From an uncultured Gammaproteobacteria bacterium (lineage in GTDB: Bacteria > Patescibacteriota > Patescibacteriia > SG8-24), in NCBI GenBank assembly GCA_964491475.1, contig CAZBFO010000003.1, positions 253,293 through 317,292 of the forward strand: a stretch of 64,000 nt of DNA, in the 5' to 3' direction. This document shows positions 40,143 to 49,344 of this stretch, one piece after another (the first letter of the stretch is position 1; every line of letters begins with the position of its first letter). Position numbers and translations under genes: made by a program. The notes under the pieces were generated by a model. It was not told the DNA's origin and did not search any database. It saw only the letters and a program-made list of their open reading frames with translations.

Positions 40143-43100
40143 TTACTTGGAAAGCGTCTGCGAGTCGGTGGGGACGACCTTCACGTAGCCGCCGTTGGCC
40201 CAGTCGGCACTGCTGGCGCCCACTGTGGCGTCGTGCGGCGAGGCGGACTGGTCTGACCAGACGAACTCGGAGTCGGTGCCGTCCACGGCGAACGGATAGT
40301 GGGCGGTGTCGCCGGCGACGGTCAAGGCGCCGGTGTCGAGCAGGGTGGCGCCGTCGTCGCCCAGCAGATGGCCGGTGACGGAGGAGCCGACGGATGCCGC
40401 GCCGACGTTCAGGCGGATGTCGTAGGTGCGCGAGGAGCCTGCCGCGACGGTTTCCTCGTTCGCCAGGCGAAGCACCAAGGTGCAGGTCGCGGCGGCACCG
40501 CAGGCGGTCAGCGCCGAGCTGCCGGCGAGATTGGACGAATCGCCGACGCGGCGCAGCTGCGAGTCGCCGTTGCTGATGTTGGTGATGGTTCCTGACGTGC
40601 CGTTGTTGACCAGCATCGCCAGCCCCTTGAGCGCCACGTCGCCGCCGCCGGCCGAGACGGTGAAGCGCATGGCCACGTTTTGGCCTGCCGTGAGCGTGGC
40701 GGTGGGCAGCGCCGCCAGGCTGACCGTAGGAACGGCCTTGCGGACGATCTTGGCGTTGCCGACCATGTCGCCGCCGATCGAAGTGATCAAGGTGGAGCTT
40801 CCGGCGGAAGCGCCGCGGATTTCGAGCGTGCCGGCGGTGTCCTTGAGGGTGGCCGTCACGGCGGAGCCGGTGGTCGCGCCGCTCGGGCCGACGGCGTTCA
40901 AGGTTCCCTTGACGGTCAGGTTCTTGGAGCTGTCTTTGGCGATGACGAAGCCGGTGATGCCGGAGAAGTCGGCGTTTCCGGAACCGTCGACCGAGACGGG
41001 GCCGGCGATCATCGTGCCGCCGTCGTAGAGGGAGAGGCTGCTGACGGCGTTGGGCGTGGCCACGTTGATGCGGGCCTTGGTCAGCTTGAGGTCTTCGTAT
41101 TGGGCGCTGAAGCGGAATTTGGCGAGCGTGACGCTGCTGGCCGACCCCAGCAGCAGGCCGGCGTCCGTTTCGGTCGAGCTGTCGGACGAGACGGCGGTGG
41201 TGACGGTGCCGCCGTCGGTCAGGCGCATGGCGGGTCCGTTGGCGGTGCCCGTGGCGGCGAGGGCGTTGCCGTCGGCATCGGTGGCGCTGACGTTGCCGCC
41301 GGTCAGCTGGAATGAGACGTCATCCGGGAGCGTGCCGGCGGCCATCGAGGAAGCGAGGTTGCCCCGGAGCTGCAAGGTGACGGTTTGGCCGGAAGGGACG
41401 ATCAGGTTGAGGGTGTCGAAGGTCAGGCTGCCGTCCGTGCCCGAGGCGGGGGACTTGGCGGCGCCGAGCTGCGTCGAGCCGTTCCAGAGCGTCACGGTCT
41501 GGACGTCGTCGGCAACGGAGGCGCAGCCTGCCGGCTCGCGGCCGTTGGAGAAAGCGCCGTTCGGGGCATTGGTGCAGACGCCGGAGTTGTCGCTGGAGTC
41601 GATACGTCCCTGCAGCTGGAGCGAGCTGATCGTCACCGGAGAGCCGTCGCCGGCCTTGAGCGAGAGGCCCATCAGCGCGACGCCCTGGCTGCCCTTCACG
41701 TACGATTGCGCCACCGGCGTCGAAGCGGCCGAAACCGCCAGCGTGGCCGGTGCCAGGCTGAACTGGTTGCCGGCGATGACGGAATCCGGGACGTAGTCGG
41801 ACGAGGTCAGGTCCTGGTTGGTGTCCACGTTCTTGATGGCCGAGGCGAGCGCGCTGAACTTGTTGAGCGAGACGCGGAGCTTGGACAGCGGGCCGAGAAT
41901 GGAGGCGTTGGCGACGTCGGCGACCACCTTGAAGGTGCGTGACTGGCCGGCCGGCAAAGTGAACGTTTCGGAGAAGTCGAGCGTGGCGGAAGCGGCACCG
42001 ACCAGGTAGCCCGTGGCACCGGTGACGTCCTTGGGACCCAGCACCGTGGTGCCGCTGGCCGTGTCGATGACTTTGATGTTGGTGATGCGGGGCGAGCTTA
42101 GCGAACCGTTATCGAGCGCACTGGCGCCGTCGCCGGAGACCGCCAGCTGGAGCTTGCGCACGTCCAATTTGGCGAGGGCCGACATGGTGAAGTTGAACAG
42201 CTCGACGCTTTTGGCGGCCGCGGCCAGGTTCTTGGAGGCCGGACCGTTGAACGAGGTGGTCAGCGTGCCGGACTCGATGCGGGTCGAAGAGCAATTGCCT
42301 GCGCCCAGCGCGCAGCTGTCGCCGTCGTACGATGCGCCGTTGGCGGTGGTGGTCACGACGGCCGAAGCGAAGCCGTACACGTGGCCGTAGGCGGCGACGT
42401 CGACCGGGTCGTCCACGTACGTGAAAATCGTTTCCGCGGTGCCGCCGCGCGATTCGGGGGCGATGTCGGCGTACAGGCTGAAAGTGCGGCTGTTGTTCTT
42501 TGTAAGCGTCACCGGGGTCGCCAGGACGAAGGTGGCACGGTCATAACGGTCGTATTTGGCGACGGTCGCGAGCGCGTTGCCGGCGCTCTCCAGCGACAGG
42601 TTGGAGAGCCTCTCGCGGGCGACGGAGCCGCCGTGGGTCAGGGCCAGCGAGGCGAAGTCCATGTCTTCGGTGCCGTCCAAAGTGAACTTGAACTCGCCGA
42701 TTTTCTGATGCTTGCCGCCGGAGACTACGTTGGAGAGCGGTGCCGGTCCCGACTTGTCGACGCTCAACAGGCCGCTGTTCGCCGGAGACATGGTGAAGAG
42801 GTTGCCGTGCAGCGGCAGGCCGCGGGCTGTCAGGTTGCCGCTCTTGAGGTCGATCAGGTCGAGCGCGTGCTGGTTGGAGCCGCCGAGGAAATAATTGAAG
42901 CCGGCGATGACCGACAGCACTTCGGTGGTTCCCGGCGCGACGTCCAAAATGACGCTGTTGAAGGCGGCGTCGTTGCTGGTGGAGTTGATGGTGACCATGC
43001 TGGTCAGGCGGTCGTAGCCGTGGAACAGGTACAGGCCGGCGATGTCGGTGTTGCCGCCGGCGCCGCGGCGATGAAGAGTGACCGAGGTGACGGCCGCCGT

Positions 43101-43763
43101 CGTTGAACCGGTGTTGGTGACGGCGATTTCCATCATCGACACGCCGATGCCGCCGACGAAGGTGTTCGAGGGGGGATTAGTCGGGGCGAGGGCGACCGAC
43201 AGCTTTCCGGATGAAGCGGCGGTTCCGCCGATGCCTCTGTCCGCGTTGATCGAGGCGGCCGCGGCCGAGGCCGAGGCGGGCGAGAAGTCAGCGGCGGCGC
43301 TCAAGTCCGAGCCCACGGAGTAGTTGGTGAAGAAGGCGTCTGGAACGTCGACGATTTTCTTGTTCCAGTCCGAGCCGTACAGCGCGGCCGCGATCGCCTC
43401 CGACGGCACCCAGCGCAGGGTGCAGTTGCGGTCGACGGCGTACACTTTGGGGTCAGTCGTAATTTTGACCATCAGCGCGCCTGGCTTCATGCAGACGTTG
43501 CCGCCGACAGTCATGGCGGCGAGCTCGGCATCAGTAAGGGTAGTGACAGCGGAAAAGTCCGCATACCAGGTCTTGTAGGTGGTCTGGTTCGGGAAGACGT
43601 AGCGCTTGCCGTCGGCGCCGACGTAATAGACGGCGGGTGTCGAGGCTTTGACCAGCGCGCCAGAAGACGCGCCCAAGGCGGCGAGCGGGGCGAACAGGGC
43701 AGAAAGAGACAGCGACCAGGCAATTGTCGCCGAGACGACCGCGGCGGTGAGGGATTTGCGCAT
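40143..43763 (-). CDS. Large secreted S-layer-like surface protein with tandem Ig-like beta-sandwich domains (about 1,206 aa)
   Basis: Signal peptide; N-terminal module shared with the 36187 protein; repeated beta-rich units; TGCTATACT extended -10 upstream (about 43791-43799). Confidence 0.85.
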   Translation of the reverse strand: MRKSLTAAVVSATIAWSLSLSALFAPLAALGASSGALVKASTPAVYYVGADGKRYVFPNQTTYKTWYADFSAVTTLTDAELAAMTVGGNVCMKPGALMVKITTDPKVYAVDRNCTLRWVPSEAIAAALYGSDWNKKIVDVPDAFFTNYSVGSDLSAAADFSPASASAAAASINADRGIGGTAASSGKLSVALAPTNPPSNTFVGGIGVSMMEIAVTNTGSTTAAVTSVTLHRRGAGGNTDIAGLYLFHGYDRLTSMVTINSTSNDAAFNSVILDVAPGTTEVLSVIAGFNYFLGGSNQHALDLIDLKSGNLTARGLPLHGNLFTMSPANSGLLSVDKSGPAPLSNVVSGGKHQKIGEFKFTLDGTEDMDFASLALTHGGSVARERLSNLSLESAGNALATVAKYDRYDRATFVLATPVTLTKNNSRTFSLYADIAPESRGGTAETIFTYVDDPVDVAAYGHVYGFASAVVTTTANGASYDGDSCALGAGNCSSTRIESGTLTTSFNGPASKNLAAAAKSVELFNFTMSALAKLDVRKLQLAVSGDGASALDNGSLSSPRITNIKVIDTASGTTVLGPKDVTGATGYLVGAASATLDFSETFTLPAGQSRTFKVVADVANASILGPLSKLRVSLNKFSALASAIKNVDTNQDLTSSDYVPDSVIAGNQFSLAPATLAVSAASTPVAQSYVKGSQGVALMGLSLKAGDGSPVTISSLQLQGRIDSSDNSGVCTNAPNGAFSNGREPAGCASVADDVQTVTLWNGSTQLGAAKSPASGTDGSLTFDTLNLIVPSGQTVTLQLRGNLASSMAAGTLPDDVSFQLTGGNVSATDADGNALAATGTANGPAMRLTDGGTVTTAVSSDSSTETDAGLLLGSASSVTLAKFRFSAQYEDLKLTKARINVATPNAVSSLSLYDGGTMIAGPVSVDGSGNADFSGITGFVIAKDSSKNLTVKGTLNAVGPSGATTGSAVTATLKDTAGTLEIRGASAGSSTLITSIGGDMVGNAKIVRKAVPTVSLAALPTATLTAGQNVAMRFTVSAGGGDVALKGLAMLVNNGTSGTITNISNGDSQLRRVGDSSNLAGSSALTACGAAATCTLVLRLANEETVAAGSSRTYDIRLNVGAASVGSSVTGHLLGDDGATLLDTGALTVAGDTAHYPFAVDGTDSEFVWSDQSASPHDATVGASSADWANGGYVKVVPTDSQTLSK

Positions 43764-43852
43764 GGGGATGCGGTTAAGAGATTCGTGGTCAGTATAGCAG
43801 TTTTTCCCGATGCCATGGGCAAAAAAAGCCCCCGTTATGCACGGGGGCGGTG

Positions 43853-44623
43853 TCAACGCAGGTCTGCGCGGGTCACGCCGAGCGCGGCCAGGGCATGCTC
43901 GATGGGAACGAGCCGCAGGCGGCCGTTCTTGCCATACGGTCCCAGGGCGACGCCGACGATTTCGCCGCAGGCGTTCAGCACGGGGGAGCCGTTGTCGAGC
44001 GGCCTGCTCGGAATTTCGGCCTCGGCGAGACTTACGTCGCCGTCGCCAGCAACGTCGGCTTGCGCGATGGTGCCATTCACCAGCGGACCGTGGTCGCCGA
44101 GAAACCAGACGCGATCGCCAAGGATGACCTTGTCATGCCGAATGGCCATCGGCGGCGGCATGGAACCGCTGACGTTCAGCATCAGCAGCGCCAGGTCGGC
44201 GTCGCGCGAAGTGACCAGCGGCGTCGCCAACGCTTCGCGCGTTTCCTGGTAGCGGCCGTTCTCGGCAGGCGAGCGGAGGGTGACGGTAATGAGCTGCGCT
44301 CCCTGGATGACGTGATAGGCCGTCAGGACGTAGCCTTTCGAGCCGATGATCGTGCCGGAGCCGGTCAGGGCGGACCGGCCGGCTTCGCCGTTGTAGCGGA
44401 GACCTCGGACGGTCACCGTCGAGGCCACGGTCCGCCTTATGAACCCTTCCTCGCGGGCGCGGGCGGCGGCAGCCGAGACGTTCGGCTGGCCGAAGGCCAG
44501 GCACTCGGTGTCCTGGGGGCAGATGCCCGGCGCACGGACGTAAACGGTCTTGGTGCAGGCGGCCGCGAAGAGCACGATGCCCAATGTCAGCAGCCGCAGG
44601 AAATGAGCGAGAGGGCGGGCCAT
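43853..44623 (-). CDS. Trypsin-like (S1) protease homologue, predicted lipoprotein, catalytic Ser replaced by Asn
   Basis: AAAC lipobox-like, GSGTII, VLTAYHV, DLALL, PLDNGSPVLN..GEIVGV. Confidence 0.8.
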   Translation of the reverse strand: MARPLAHFLRLLTLGIVLFAAACTKTVYVRAPGICPQDTECLAFGQPNVSAAAARAREEGFIRRTVASTVTVRGLRYNGEAGRSALTGSGTIIGSKGYVLTAYHVIQGAQLITVTLRSPAENGRYQETREALATPLVTSRDADLALLMLNVSGSMPPPMAIRHDKVILGDRVWFLGDHGPLVNGTIAQADVAGDGDVSLAEAEIPSRPLDNGSPVLNACGEIVGVALGPYGKNGRLRLVPIEHALAALGVTRADLR

Positions 44624-44737
44624 ACGTGCCTCCTTTGCTTGGGGTACGGGCCGATGCAGGTATCCTTGCAGGACGGTCATGGCCAGTCAACTGTGCTATG
44701 CTCACAGCAGTCCTTTCCTCCGCTTGGAGAGGCCGAC

Positions 44738-45388
44738 ATGAGAAAAACCGTCAGCCTTCGGGTTCCGTTCTTTCCGCAGCCAAAGGGCGTGGGCTGGTGC
44801 GTGCCGGCCTGCCTGCAAATGGTCATGGCCTACCACGGCGACAAGGTACCGCTGCAGGAGATCGTCGATGACATCGGCGTGACAAGGCACGGCGGTCTCG
44901 ATGAGATGCACGCGGCCATCTACCTGCTTCGACGCGGGTACGGCGTGCGCCTCCTCGGCTGGCATCAGGGCTATCCCGCCAGCTTCTCCAAGGTGCGGGG
45001 CGAGCTTCCGGCGGGCACGTTCGTCGATTGGGCCTTTCGTGACGTGAAGCATCCTTCGATGTACCGCGTCGCCTGCCGCAGCTACTGCATGGAGTTCCTT
45101 GACCGCGGCGGCATCCTGGAACCGCGGCCAGCCAGCGTCGACGACCTGTACGGTGCCCTTGGACGGAGAGAGCCGCCCATCGTCATCGTGAGCGTCACCA
45201 CGCTCTGGCACACGGATTCGACGGGAACGCACGCCATCGTCTGTACCGGCATGAGCGAATGGACCGCCTCGTTCCTGGACCCGTCCCTTTCCGGGGGCAA
45301 ATCCAGCTACCGGCACGACGTCTTCCTGCACGCCTTTTACCGCGTGGAGGGGAGCGCGCTGCTGATCAGCCCGCCAAAACGCAGGTGA
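44738..45388 (+). CDS. C39-like papain-fold cysteine peptidase
   Basis: VPFFPQ.....WCVPACLQMVMAYHG, HAIVCTG, FLDP; GGAGAGG SD. Confidence 0.82.
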   Translation: MRKTVSLRVPFFPQPKGVGWCVPACLQMVMAYHGDKVPLQEIVDDIGVTRHGGLDEMHAAIYLLRRGYGVRLLGWHQGYPASFSKVRGELPAGTFVDWAFRDVKHPSMYRVACRSYCMEFLDRGGILEPRPASVDDLYGALGRREPPIVIVSVTTLWHTDSTGTHAIVCTGMSEWTASFLDPSLSGGKSSYRHDVFLHAFYRVEGSALLISPPKRR

Positions 45389-45528
45389 GCGTGACCTTTC
45401 TTCGCTTTCGCGTGAGCTTCGGCTCACGCTTTTTCGTCGGTGAGCAGTTTGCGGCCGCATTGACCGAAACGGCCCGACATGCTAGGTTTGGCAGTCATTT
45501 AAGACGAATCATTTTTTAACGCACGAAT

Positions 45529-46740
45529 ATGTACCCGCAGGTCACTCTCCAGTCCGGCAAGGAAATGAACGTCGTGTTCCGCCACCCGTGGATTTTCTCG
45601 GGCGCGCTGACCAAGCGCCCTGACACCATCGAGCACGGCGACCTGGTCCGCGTCACCGACGTGTCCGGCAAGATCCTGGGCATCGGCACCTACTCGGCCA
45701 AGTCTTCGATTGCCGTGCGCGTGCTGGCCTTCGGCGACGTCGACGTGCAGGTCAATCAGCAGTGGTTCGCAGCGCGCTTTGCCGAGGCGGAGGAGCGCAA
45801 GCGCCTGCTGGGCTTCGGCCCCGGCCTGGCCACGGACGGTTATCGCCTGGTGTTCGGCGAAGCCGACGGCATTCCCGGTTTGGTGGTCGACCGCTACCGC
45901 GACGTTTTCGTGATGCAGATTTCGACCGCCGGTATGGACCGCCTGCGCGATGCCATCGTCGGCGCGCTCAAGGCAGTCTTCAAGCCCGCGGCCATCGTGG
46001 AACGCAGCGACATCGCCGTGCGCAAGGAAGAAGCCCTGCGCGACGAAGTCGGCGTGCTTTTCGGCACCGTTCCCGAAGTCGTCGAGTTCAAGGAGAACGG
46101 CCTGACCTTCGCCGCCGACGTGATGAACGGCCAGAAGACGGGTTTCTTCCTGGACCAGAAGTCGCTGCGCCAGTCGATCGCCAAGCTGGCCAAGGGCCGC
46201 GAGGTACTGAACCTGTTCTCGTATTCCGGCTCTGCCTCGGTGGCCGCGATCAAGGGCGGCGCGACCAAGGTGACCAACGTCGACAGTTCCGCCGACGCGC
46301 TGGCCGCCGCTCGCCGCCATGCCGAAATGAACGGCATCGAGGAGCACGTCATGGTCAACGAGGAATCCGACGTCTTCCAGTACCTCTCCGGCAAGACCGA
46401 GCCCGCCTTCGACATGGTCATCGTCGACCCGCCGGCGCTCATCAAGGCGCAGCGCGACGAAGAAGAAGGTAAGAAGGCCTACCACTTCCTGAACCGCGCC
46501 TCGCTCCGCCTGGTCCGCGACGGCGGCATCTTCGTGACTTCCAGCTGCTCGCACTTCTTCTCGGAAGAGGACTTCGCCTTCACTTTGCGCCGCGCTTCGG
46601 TGCAGGCCGGCGTCCGCCTGGACCTGCTCGAGACTATCCATCAGGCTCCCGACCACCCGACCTCGGTGTATTTCCCGGAGTCGGCCTACCTGAAGTCGTT
46701 CGTGTGCCGCGTGACGCGGGAAGGCGGCAAGACTGCCTAA
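45529..46740 (+). CDS. rlmI: RlmI-like PUA-domain rRNA m5C methyltransferase
   Basis: HPWIFS, GEADGIPGLVVDRY, GQKTGFFLDQ, VLNLFSYSG, DPP, SSCS, YLK. Confidence 0.88.
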   Translation: MYPQVTLQSGKEMNVVFRHPWIFSGALTKRPDTIEHGDLVRVTDVSGKILGIGTYSAKSSIAVRVLAFGDVDVQVNQQWFAARFAEAEERKRLLGFGPGLATDGYRLVFGEADGIPGLVVDRYRDVFVMQISTAGMDRLRDAIVGALKAVFKPAAIVERSDIAVRKEEALRDEVGVLFGTVPEVVEFKENGLTFAADVMNGQKTGFFLDQKSLRQSIAKLAKGREVLNLFSYSGSASVAAIKGGATKVTNVDSSADALAAARRHAEMNGIEEHVMVNEESDVFQYLSGKTEPAFDMVIVDPPALIKAQRDEEEGKKAYHFLNRASLRLVRDGGIFVTSSCSHFFSEEDFAFTLRRASVQAGVRLDLLETIHQAPDHPTSVYFPESAYLKSFVCRVTREGGKTA

Positions 46741-46880
46741 AGTGCCCAATGGCTGCCAAAAATCGCCTCAACACAGGCGATTTTTTCGTTCTTGGCGGGT
46801 TGACTTTCAGTGACGGTTTTGATAGACCGATGGTGGCTCGTCATCGAGTCGGGGAGTTCCCTGCAAGGAGGCTGACGGCC

Positions 46881-49166
46881 ATGAAAAAGCAGATCTTTCG
46901 CATCGTTATCGCGGCTTTCGTGGTCGCTCTGGCATCATTCGGAGTCGTTACGTATAGGACCTGGCATTTGGCAAAGCAGACCCAACAGCTTGCCGAACAG
47001 CAGCGCGCGCTGCAGCAGAAGACGGAAGCGGACGCGAAGGCTTTGGCCGACGCCGCTCGTGCGATCGAGGCGCAACGCCGGCACATCAAGGTGCTGGTGA
47101 CGCCGTTCGAAAACGGAGCTGCCGCGCAGTCGCTTTCAGCCTTGTCGTTGGGCATCCCGACGCACATCGCCGAGCGGCTCGAGGACGATCCGTACATCGA
47201 ACCGATCAACGGTCCGCTGGTGCTGACGGATCAGCAGGCACAGCTGGTGACGCCCAAAGGCAAGGACTACGATCTTGCCAAGGCCAACCAGCTGGCAATG
47301 AACCGCGGAGCCAGCCACTTCCTCACCGGCCGTTTCTACGGTCAGGTGTGGACATGGACCTTCGAGGCGCATCTGTACAAGGCAGCGGCCATCGGTCCGA
47401 TTCTGGTCGGTTCGGGAAAAGCTTTCGGTGATCTCACCGGCCTGGTCCCTACGGCCAGCGGCAAGACGGTGCGCACCAACTCGGCGGCCAACATCTTCAT
47501 GCTGCTGGGCAAGGCGGTCGACGGGGCGTTCGCAAGCGCGACCTTCCCTCTCGAACCGCAGACGTCCAAAGCGGTGGCCACGCCGCCGACGCCGGACGCC
47601 TTCGCGTTCCTGAAGCTGTCGCGCGCCTACGTGCGCTACTTCACGAACGTCTCGGAAGACGGCGTGGACGACACGGCCATCGGCCTGGCGAAAGTCGCGG
47701 CCATCATCGATCCCAAGCAGTCGGAAGCGCAGCGTCTGTACGCCGCGCTGCTGCTCGCGGACGAGGAGGTCAAGCTGGCGCGGATTCACTACGAGTTCGC
47801 CATCGAGGCGCGTCCCCGCGACGTCCGCTCGCTGATGGCGCTGGGTAAGCTGGAGCTCGATGCCGGCAACGCCGACATCGCTTCCGGTTACCTGAAGCGC
47901 GCCACCGAAGTCCGCCCCAAGGACGGCGACACCTTCTACTGGTACGCCATGGCGCGGCTCAAGCTCGGCAAGACCGATGAGGCCATCGCCTCGCTGGAAA
48001 AAGCCCGGGACTTGCAGTGGTGGCACGCGCCCGCACGCAAGGAGCTGGCCAACCAGTACGCGCTGCGGCACCGCTACCGCGAAGCCGCCGCCGAACTGGA
48101 AGTGGTCGCCAACCGCATCCTGACCAACGACCCCGAACCCGTGTTCCTGCAGGCCGCTTGCCTTCGTGCAGCGGGCGACCGGGCCGCAGCGGGCTTGGTG
48201 CTCTGGCAGGCAAAGCGCCGCTTTCCCGGGGAATCTCGCATCTGGAAGTTTCGGGGCGATTTGTTCCTGCACGATGGCAACATCGAGCGTGCCACTAGCG
48301 AGTATCGAGTGGCCTACAGCAAAGCGAGGAACGACGCGCGCCTGAAGGCAATCCTCGGATACGAGACCGGCGGTCCGGTCCCGCTCGGCGGCGACACGCT
48401 GCTGCAGACCGTCGGTTCGGTCACCAACGATGCCGTAATCGTGGAGACCGCCCGTTCCGGATTTCAGAGGGCCGTCAACGACGCCGTCGCCGACCTGCAC
48501 TACAATGCGGAAAAAGCCTGTCTCGACGGCGGCGCTTCGTCCTCGGCGTTGCTCGCCCAAAAGCTGGGCCAGCAGCACCAAGAAATCGGCACGCGCTTCG
48601 TTAACGACAGCACCCGCATTTCGCGGGCGCTCAAGGATGGCGAGGGCTCCGCGCTGACGCCCGACGAGTTGGTCGCGGCGGAAAAAGCCATCGCAAGTTC
48701 GGCGGTGTCACAGCGAGACTCGCGCGAGATGCGCGGACAGTACATGGGAGTGTTCATTCCCCTGTACCGCCGCTTCAAGTGCGAGACCTACGACGGTCCG
48801 ATCAAGGCGGCAACCGTCGCCGACATCGACCGCCGCGACGCCGACCGCCAGGTGTCCCTGCCGCCGGTGCCGATTCCGCCGACGCTGATGTCCTTCACCC
48901 CGCAGCTCGACGTCGAGGAGGGGAGAGTCATCCGCTTTCTGGTGGACAACAAGGAGGGCACCAAGGAACAGGTGCTCACCTTGGACGACAAGGAGCTCGG
49001 TACCGTCCTTCCCGGACGCCAGCTGACCTTCTCGACGGAGTTCGGCTACCACCGCCTGTGCCTGCTGCCCAAGGGCAGCAAGTGCGGCGATGCGGCCACG
49101 CTCCGAGTGCCGTTCATTCATGACGGGTGGACCATCCGGGTCCGCAACTTGAAAACCGCCAAGTAG
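46881..49166 (+). CDS. Membrane-anchored TPR-repeat protein with TolB-N/CsgG-like N-terminal domain
   Basis: AAGGAGG SD; TM plus coiled coil; VLVTPFEN; multiple TPR-like helical pairs. Confidence 0.8.
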   Translation: MKKQIFRIVIAAFVVALASFGVVTYRTWHLAKQTQQLAEQQRALQQKTEADAKALADAARAIEAQRRHIKVLVTPFENGAAAQSLSALSLGIPTHIAERLEDDPYIEPINGPLVLTDQQAQLVTPKGKDYDLAKANQLAMNRGASHFLTGRFYGQVWTWTFEAHLYKAAAIGPILVGSGKAFGDLTGLVPTASGKTVRTNSAANIFMLLGKAVDGAFASATFPLEPQTSKAVATPPTPDAFAFLKLSRAYVRYFTNVSEDGVDDTAIGLAKVAAIIDPKQSEAQRLYAALLLADEEVKLARIHYEFAIEARPRDVRSLMALGKLELDAGNADIASGYLKRATEVRPKDGDTFYWYAMARLKLGKTDEAIASLEKARDLQWWHAPARKELANQYALRHRYREAAAELEVVANRILTNDPEPVFLQAACLRAAGDRAAAGLVLWQAKRRFPGESRIWKFRGDLFLHDGNIERATSEYRVAYSKARNDARLKAILGYETGGPVPLGGDTLLQTVGSVTNDAVIVETARSGFQRAVNDAVADLHYNAEKACLDGGASSSALLAQKLGQQHQEIGTRFVNDSTRISRALKDGEGSALTPDELVAAEKAIASSAVSQRDSREMRGQYMGVFIPLYRRFKCETYDGPIKAATVADIDRRDADRQVSLPPVPIPPTLMSFTPQLDVEEGRVIRFLVDNKEGTKEQVLTLDDKELGTVLPGRQLTFSTEFGYHRLCLLPKGSKCGDAATLRVPFIHDGWTIRVRNLKTAK

Positions 49167-49344
49167 GCGGCTTCCCCTGACTTTCCGTCAGGGGTTTTTG
49201 TTTGCGATCTTTTGCATGGCTGCGGCCAAATTGACAAAACCCCCCATTTGGCTCACCCTTCCCACGATGTTTGTGCAGGGGCTGTCCCTCCATAAACACG
49301 CCCTTTTCAGCAGGAAATCCTTCTCAATCAGAGGGGAGAGAACA

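Noticed and set aside
43850-44737. N-terminal extension of the 512-aa ORF 43850-45388 (similarly 60497-60886 and 18863-19015)
   Set aside because: The extensions overlap other genes or promoters. Downstream ATGs with SD or signal peptide and domain boundaries give better starts.
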